Assembly (NCBI GenBank): GCA_965371515.1
Contig: CBDUYR010000005.1
Location: forward strand, 18,591-82,590
Direction: 5' to 3'
Source of the DNA: an uncultured bacterium
GTDB lineage: Bacteria > Krumholzibacteriota > Krumholzibacteriia > Krumholzibacteriales > Krumholzibacteriaceae
Length of the DNA stretch: 64,000 nucleotides
Shown: positions 59,955 through 64,000 of the stretch, piece after piece
Position numbering within the stretch: the first letter of the stretch is position 1
Layout of the letters: every line of letters starts with the position of its first letter
Program-made: the position numbers and the translations under genes
Notes under the pieces: generated by a model
Databases searched by the model: none
What the model was told of the DNA's origin: nothing
What the model saw: only the letters and a program-made list of their open reading frames with translations

Positions 59955-61235
59955 TTACCGGTACACGAAATAGAGGGTCAGGTACGCCGCTGAAGTCGCA
60001 GCCAGGGTAAATGGCAGACCGATCTTCATAAAGCCCCAGAACGAGACGGGTGCACCCTCTTTTTCGAGTATCCCCGTTGCCACGACATTCGCTGCCGCTC
60101 CGATGGGAGTTATATTACCCCCCATACATGAGCCGATCATAAGACCAAGGACGAGAAGCATCCTGTTGATGTCGAGAGTATCGGCAAGATTGCCGACAAG
60201 CGGCAACATTACGGCCATATACGGAACATTGTCTATGAAGGCGGAGACCATTACAGAAAACCAGACGATGATCGAAAGGACAACGAACGTGTTCCTGCCC
60301 TCGAGTCCACTCAATCTGCCGACAACGGCTTCAACGACTCCGGCTTCCACCAGCATGTACACCAGAACGAATATCGCGGCGAGAAAAACCGTAGTCTGCC
60401 AGTCCAGATGCCACTTGTGACGGTCGGCTCCCCTGCGCAAGGAGATCCCGTACCATATGACACCGGCGAGGGCTACCAGCATACATACGCTTCCGCCCAC
60501 TCCCTTTCTCAGCTCAGGATCCCATTTCGGGGAAATGGCAAGCAGTGCGACCATTACCACAATCAGCCAGAACGGCACCCACGACCTGATATTGGCGACT
60601 TTTATTCTTTCCGGTTTCTGCCTGTATTCCCTTAAATAGATCCAGAGCACGGCGAATCCTACGGCAGCCCCCAGCTGGACGAACCAGAAGATACCGGGCT
60701 TCCCGTTTCGCCAGAAGAAATCGAGAAAAGCCATCCTTTCCTGAGCGGCGAGCAGCATGCTGGGGATATCGCCGATCAGAATCGCCATCCCCTGCACGTT
60801 GGAAGAGACAGCGAGCCCTATGATCACCGGCACGGGCGACACTCCAGCCTTTCGCGTCAAAAGAAGAGCGATCGGGGCTACAATGAGTACCGTCACAACG
60901 TTGTCTATAAATATCGATATAACCGATGCGAAGCAGATGACAAGCATCAGCGCGATTGCGAGGTTCTTCGAATTGTTGATCAGCTTGTCGGATATGGTCT
61001 CTGGCATCCGTGAATAGACAAAGAGTTCTGCAAGAATGACCGAACCGGCGAAAATACCTATGAAGTTCCACTGGATTCCATGACGGAAGACTTCAGCGGG
61101 AGTGAGTACTCCAACACCGGGGAGCATGGCGACAATAACTCCGAGCGATGCTGTCAGCCAACGTCGCCGCCTGAATACTATCAGTCCGATGTAGACCGCC
61201 ACAAAGATTATGACGGCCTTCCACATATCGGTCAC
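59955..61235 (-). CDS. ArsB/NhaD/SLC13-family ion transporter
   Basis: Duplicated S.FIDNV motifs, LIGD.P, GGNITPIGAAAN, SF..FMKIG.P. Confidence 0.88.
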   Translation of the reverse strand: MTDMWKAVIIFVAVYIGLIVFRRRRWLTASLGVIVAMLPGVGVLTPAEVFRHGIQWNFIGIFAGSVILAELFVYSRMPETISDKLINNSKNLAIALMLVICFASVISIFIDNVVTVLIVAPIALLLTRKAGVSPVPVIIGLAVSSNVQGMAILIGDIPSMLLAAQERMAFLDFFWRNGKPGIFWFVQLGAAVGFAVLWIYLREYRQKPERIKVANIRSWVPFWLIVVMVALLAISPKWDPELRKGVGGSVCMLVALAGVIWYGISLRRGADRHKWHLDWQTTVFLAAIFVLVYMLVEAGVVEAVVGRLSGLEGRNTFVVLSIIVWFSVMVSAFIDNVPYMAVMLPLVGNLADTLDINRMLLVLGLMIGSCMGGNITPIGAAANVVATGILEKEGAPVSFWGFMKIGLPFTLAATSAAYLTLYFVYR

Positions 61236-61966
61236 CGGCCACTGTCTCCCATCTCGGCGAGTATAGCGTCCGCCGCAGATCCGGGCGACGCTGCCTGGTA
61301 AATCGGACGTCCTATTACGAGATAATCGGATCCCGCATCGAGCGCGTCTCGCGGCGTCGCGATACGCTTCTGATCACCGGCCGCGGAACCGGCCGGCCTG
61401 ATGCCCGGCGTTACAATAGTGAATCCGTCCCCAAGCGCCTCACGGATCCTGCCGGCCTCCCTGACCGAGGCAACGATCCCGTCCAGGCCGGCCTTCCTGG
61501 CCAGCTCGGCTCTCTTGAGCACGAGGTCCTCGACGCTCCCGCCGTATCCCGATGCCTCGGCGAGATCCTCCGTGGACATGCTCGTCAATACGGTGACCCC
61601 GACGAGCTTCGGTCGCGGAAGCCCGCTGTGCTCGGCGAATGCGGCCGCCTCGTCCGCCGCGGCTTTCATCATGTCCGACCCGCCTGCCGTATGGATAGTC
61701 ATCATGAAGATGTGCAGGCCGCAGGCTGCACGGACCGCTCCTGCGACCGTGGCCGGGATATCGTGGAACTTCAGATCGAGAAAAACCGATCCTCCCGCAT
61801 CGCTGATCTCGGCGATCATTCCCGGACCCTCGGCTGTAAAGAGCCTGCTTCCAACCTTGAACAGATTGACCTTCCCTCTGAGGTCCGCCACCAGGGATAT
61901 GGCGTCGATCCTCTTCTCCACGTCAAGCGCTGCGATTATCCGGGGAGCTCTCTTTGCGGGTGTCAT
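61232..61966 (-). CDS. pyrF: Orotidine-5'-phosphate decarboxylase
   Basis: ALD, FLDLKFHDIPATV, VTVLTS, TPGIR, DQKR, VIGRPI. Confidence 0.96.
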   Translation of the reverse strand: MTPAKRAPRIIAALDVEKRIDAISLVADLRGKVNLFKVGSRLFTAEGPGMIAEISDAGGSVFLDLKFHDIPATVAGAVRAACGLHIFMMTIHTAGGSDMMKAAADEAAAFAEHSGLPRPKLVGVTVLTSMSTEDLAEASGYGGSVEDLVLKRAELARKAGLDGIVASVREAGRIREALGDGFTIVTPGIRPAGSAAGDQKRIATPRDALDAGSDYLVIGRPIYQAASPGSAADAILAEMGDSGR

Positions 61967-62008
61967 CCGGCTCCTTTCATCCTGCTGCCATTGCCATCGA
62001 CCGTTTTT

Positions 62009-62899
62009 TCATTCGCCGAGCGGACCGGGTATTCCAGTCTCCTCGAGCGCCTCGACGATCTTCTCCGGAAGGGCCGGGTCGTAGAACACCGCCGTGCCGA
62101 TCTGAATTGCCGCCGCACCGGCCATGAAGAACTTCATCGCGTCCGCAACGCTGGTTATGCCTCCCACTCCGACGACGGGGATATCTACAGTTCTCGATAT
62201 CCTCCAGACAGCGTCGAGGGCGATGGGCATGATGGCCGGCCCGGACAGTCCGGCGCGTATCCGCTTGAACACCGGGCGTCCGGCGGCCAGATCGATATCC
62301 ATTCCGACGACAGTGTTGATCGCCGTTATACCGTCCGCTCCCGCTTCCTCGGCGGCGAGGGCCAGCACAGCGATATCACCGACATTGGGTGTCAGCTTTG
62401 CCAGTACAGTCATGTCCGGGAGGGTGTCCTTCGCGTGCCGTACGTATTTCGCCAGCAGTTCAGGATTCGTTCCGATCGCCATGCCGCCCCGCTCAACGTT
62501 GGGGCACGACAGGTTCAGTTCTATGATATCCACGCCGTCCGTTCCTGCAGTCGCGTCGATGAGCATCCTGTAATCTTCCCAGTCTTCAGCCGCCAGGCTC
62601 ACGACCGGCTTTATACCGGCATCTACGAGGGCCGGCATCTTCTCGGAGAAGAAGATCTCCGCCCCGACGTTCTCGAGTCCGATACTGTTGAGCAGTCCTC
62701 CACCCGTCTCGTGCAGCCGTATACCGGGATTGCCCTCTCTAGGCTCGAACGATATCGTCTTCGTGACCACGCCGCCTATGCGTTCGAGGTCTACGAGTCC
62801 CTCGTACTCGAGACCGTATCCGGCGGGGCCTGAAGCGAGAAGCACCGGATTACGCAATGTTACCGCGCCGATTTCCGTCTCGAGGGAGCGCCTGTTCAT
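62009..62899 (-). CDS. pyrD: Dihydroorotate dehydrogenase 1B catalytic subunit
   Basis: ASG, R.GN...R, LNSIGLEN, ELNLSCPN, KLTPN, INT, GLSG.AI.P. Confidence 0.95.
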   Translation of the reverse strand: MNRRSLETEIGAVTLRNPVLLASGPAGYGLEYEGLVDLERIGGVVTKTISFEPREGNPGIRLHETGGGLLNSIGLENVGAEIFFSEKMPALVDAGIKPVVSLAAEDWEDYRMLIDATAGTDGVDIIELNLSCPNVERGGMAIGTNPELLAKYVRHAKDTLPDMTVLAKLTPNVGDIAVLALAAEEAGADGITAINTVVGMDIDLAAGRPVFKRIRAGLSGPAIMPIALDAVWRISRTVDIPVVGVGGITSVADAMKFFMAGAAAIQIGTAVFYDPALPEKIVEALEETGIPGPLGE

Positions 62900-63699
62900 T
62901 CTTCCCACCTTTCCCAGTCTATCTCAGAGGCGTCGAAGACAGTTCCGTCGCTGCATACAGTCCTGAGGGCCGTCCCACCGTCAGTTTTCACGGGAATGGT
63001 GCATCCACGGCATGCTCCGACGCCGCACGCCATCACTGCCTCGAGCGATGTAAGATGTCTGGAAAATCCCGCGGCCGCTTTTCTTTCCATGGCCCGCACC
63101 ATACCGGCCGGTCCGCACGAGTACAGTATCCCCCCGCCTGCCTTTCCTTCTTCGACGAGTTTCTCGAGCAGGGCGACGGCATCTCCCTCGAATCCGCACG
63201 ATCCATCGATGGTGGCCGAATGAACGGCGGTGAAATCCTCCTTGCAGAGAGACACGAGCAGCTCTTCCTCACACCCAGCGCCGTAGACAAGATCCGCCCG
63301 ACCGAGAGATCCGTCTCTTTTCCATGTCCGCGCGGCGAATATCATCGGCGCGAGCCCGGTGCCGCCCGCTACGAATACAGCATCCTTCTTTCCCGGAGAG
63401 GAAAATGCAGTGTCGCCGAGCGGGCCTGCAATATCCATCTCTGCGCCGCACTGCGAGTGAGCAAGTATATCCGAGCCCTTCCCGACGACCTTCACGAGGA
63501 GGTGGAGCTCCGTACCGGTCAGATCCATGATACTGAAGGGCCGACGCAGAAGGGGCGTGATCGTCGATGTTATCCTCAGTGAGATAAATTGTCCCGGGGC
63601 CACATCGGGGAAACCCCGGGGCCTTTCGAAGACAACGAGATGGCTCGAAGGAGAAAGTCTCTGCGTTCTGATTATCCTGCCGGTGAAGAGGCCTTTCAA
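62896..63699 (-). CDS. pyrK: Dihydroorotate dehydrogenase electron-transfer subunit
   Basis: PGQF, LRRPFSI, GPLG, GGTG.AP, CGP, MACGVGACRGC...VCSDG.VF. Confidence 0.93.
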   Translation of the reverse strand: MKGLFTGRIIRTQRLSPSSHLVVFERPRGFPDVAPGQFISLRITSTITPLLRRPFSIMDLTGTELHLLVKVVGKGSDILAHSQCGAEMDIAGPLGDTAFSSPGKKDAVFVAGGTGLAPMIFAARTWKRDGSLGRADLVYGAGCEEELLVSLCKEDFTAVHSATIDGSCGFEGDAVALLEKLVEEGKAGGGILYSCGPAGMVRAMERKAAAGFSRHLTSLEAVMACGVGACRGCTIPVKTDGGTALRTVCSDGTVFDASEIDWERWEE

Positions 63700-64000
63700 C
63701 TATTCTCCCTTCTTTCGGGCGCTCCGGACGACGAAGTATCATCTGATTGTTCACGTTTCTCTGCGGATGGCTGCGGCAGGTTCCGGGTTCCAGTCGTATC
63801 GTCAGTTTCGTCCAGCGGATATGTGGTATCGCTCTTGATCTGTTCTTTCGAGGGAGCCTTCGTGGTATCGACGGCTGACGCTCCTCCCGCTCCCGCGGAA
63901 TCCACCTCCGCCGAGTCCGGCGGTGACGGTACAGTAACAAGGCTGTCGACTACAACCGCTCCCAGGGTGTCAGCCGCTGTCCCGAGACTGTCAGCCGCTG
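63696..64000 (-). CDS. Low-complexity C-terminal tail of a gene entering from beyond the window end
   Basis: Frame stays open to base 64000 (AADSLGTAADTLGAVVVDSLV...); its stop overlaps the pyrK start. Confidence 0.65.
   Translation of the reverse strand, partial: AADSLGTAADTLGAVVVDSLVTVPSPPDSAEVDSAGAGGASAVDTTKAPSKEQIKSDTTYPLDETDDTTGTRNLPQPSAEKREQSDDTSSSGAPERRENS
63968..64000. repeat. Short coding tandem repeat, 21-nt period
   Basis: TGTCAGCCGCTG at 63968-63979 and 63989-64000, encoding AAD(S/T)LG units. Confidence 0.55.

Overview
GC-rich (~60% by eye) bacterial chromosomal segment, mostly housekeeping and envelope genes on the minus strand. Three exported proteins end in FlgD-Ig/T9SS-CTD-like tails, and there is a PorX/PorY-like pair beside tsaE, a long OstA-LptD and many D-(S/T)-x motifs. 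Together these suggest an FCB-related, probably non-Bacteroidota lineage (inference only). Gene content: pyrE, pyrF-pyrD-pyrK, sdhCDAB, an MrfA/MrfB-like repair pair, queH, ferredoxin-selD, M16 and M23 peptidases, lpdA, LytS/LytTR, acyl-CoA dehydrogenase, HU, lptD, glucokinase, folC, accD, PNP, rimI-tsaB-tsaE, serS and a nucleotide-sugar/flippase cluster. Main result: two genes are cut short by the ORF track because they contain in-frame UGA codons, most likely selenocysteine. They are selD (C-S-G-U) and a lipoprotein fusing a degenerate 5'-nucleotidase-like domain to a tetraheme cytochrome c (A-G-U). In both, the UGA sits in a UGA...UCA hairpin followed by a GG-triloop SECIS-like stem. Other points of interest are several apparent pseudo-enzymes (HemC-like, TlpA-like, zincin, histidine kinase), a sigma54-type convergent signalling pair and a domain inserted in LptD. 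No tRNA, rRNA, CRISPR array or mobile element was recognised. All family calls come from motif recognition by eye, not database searches.
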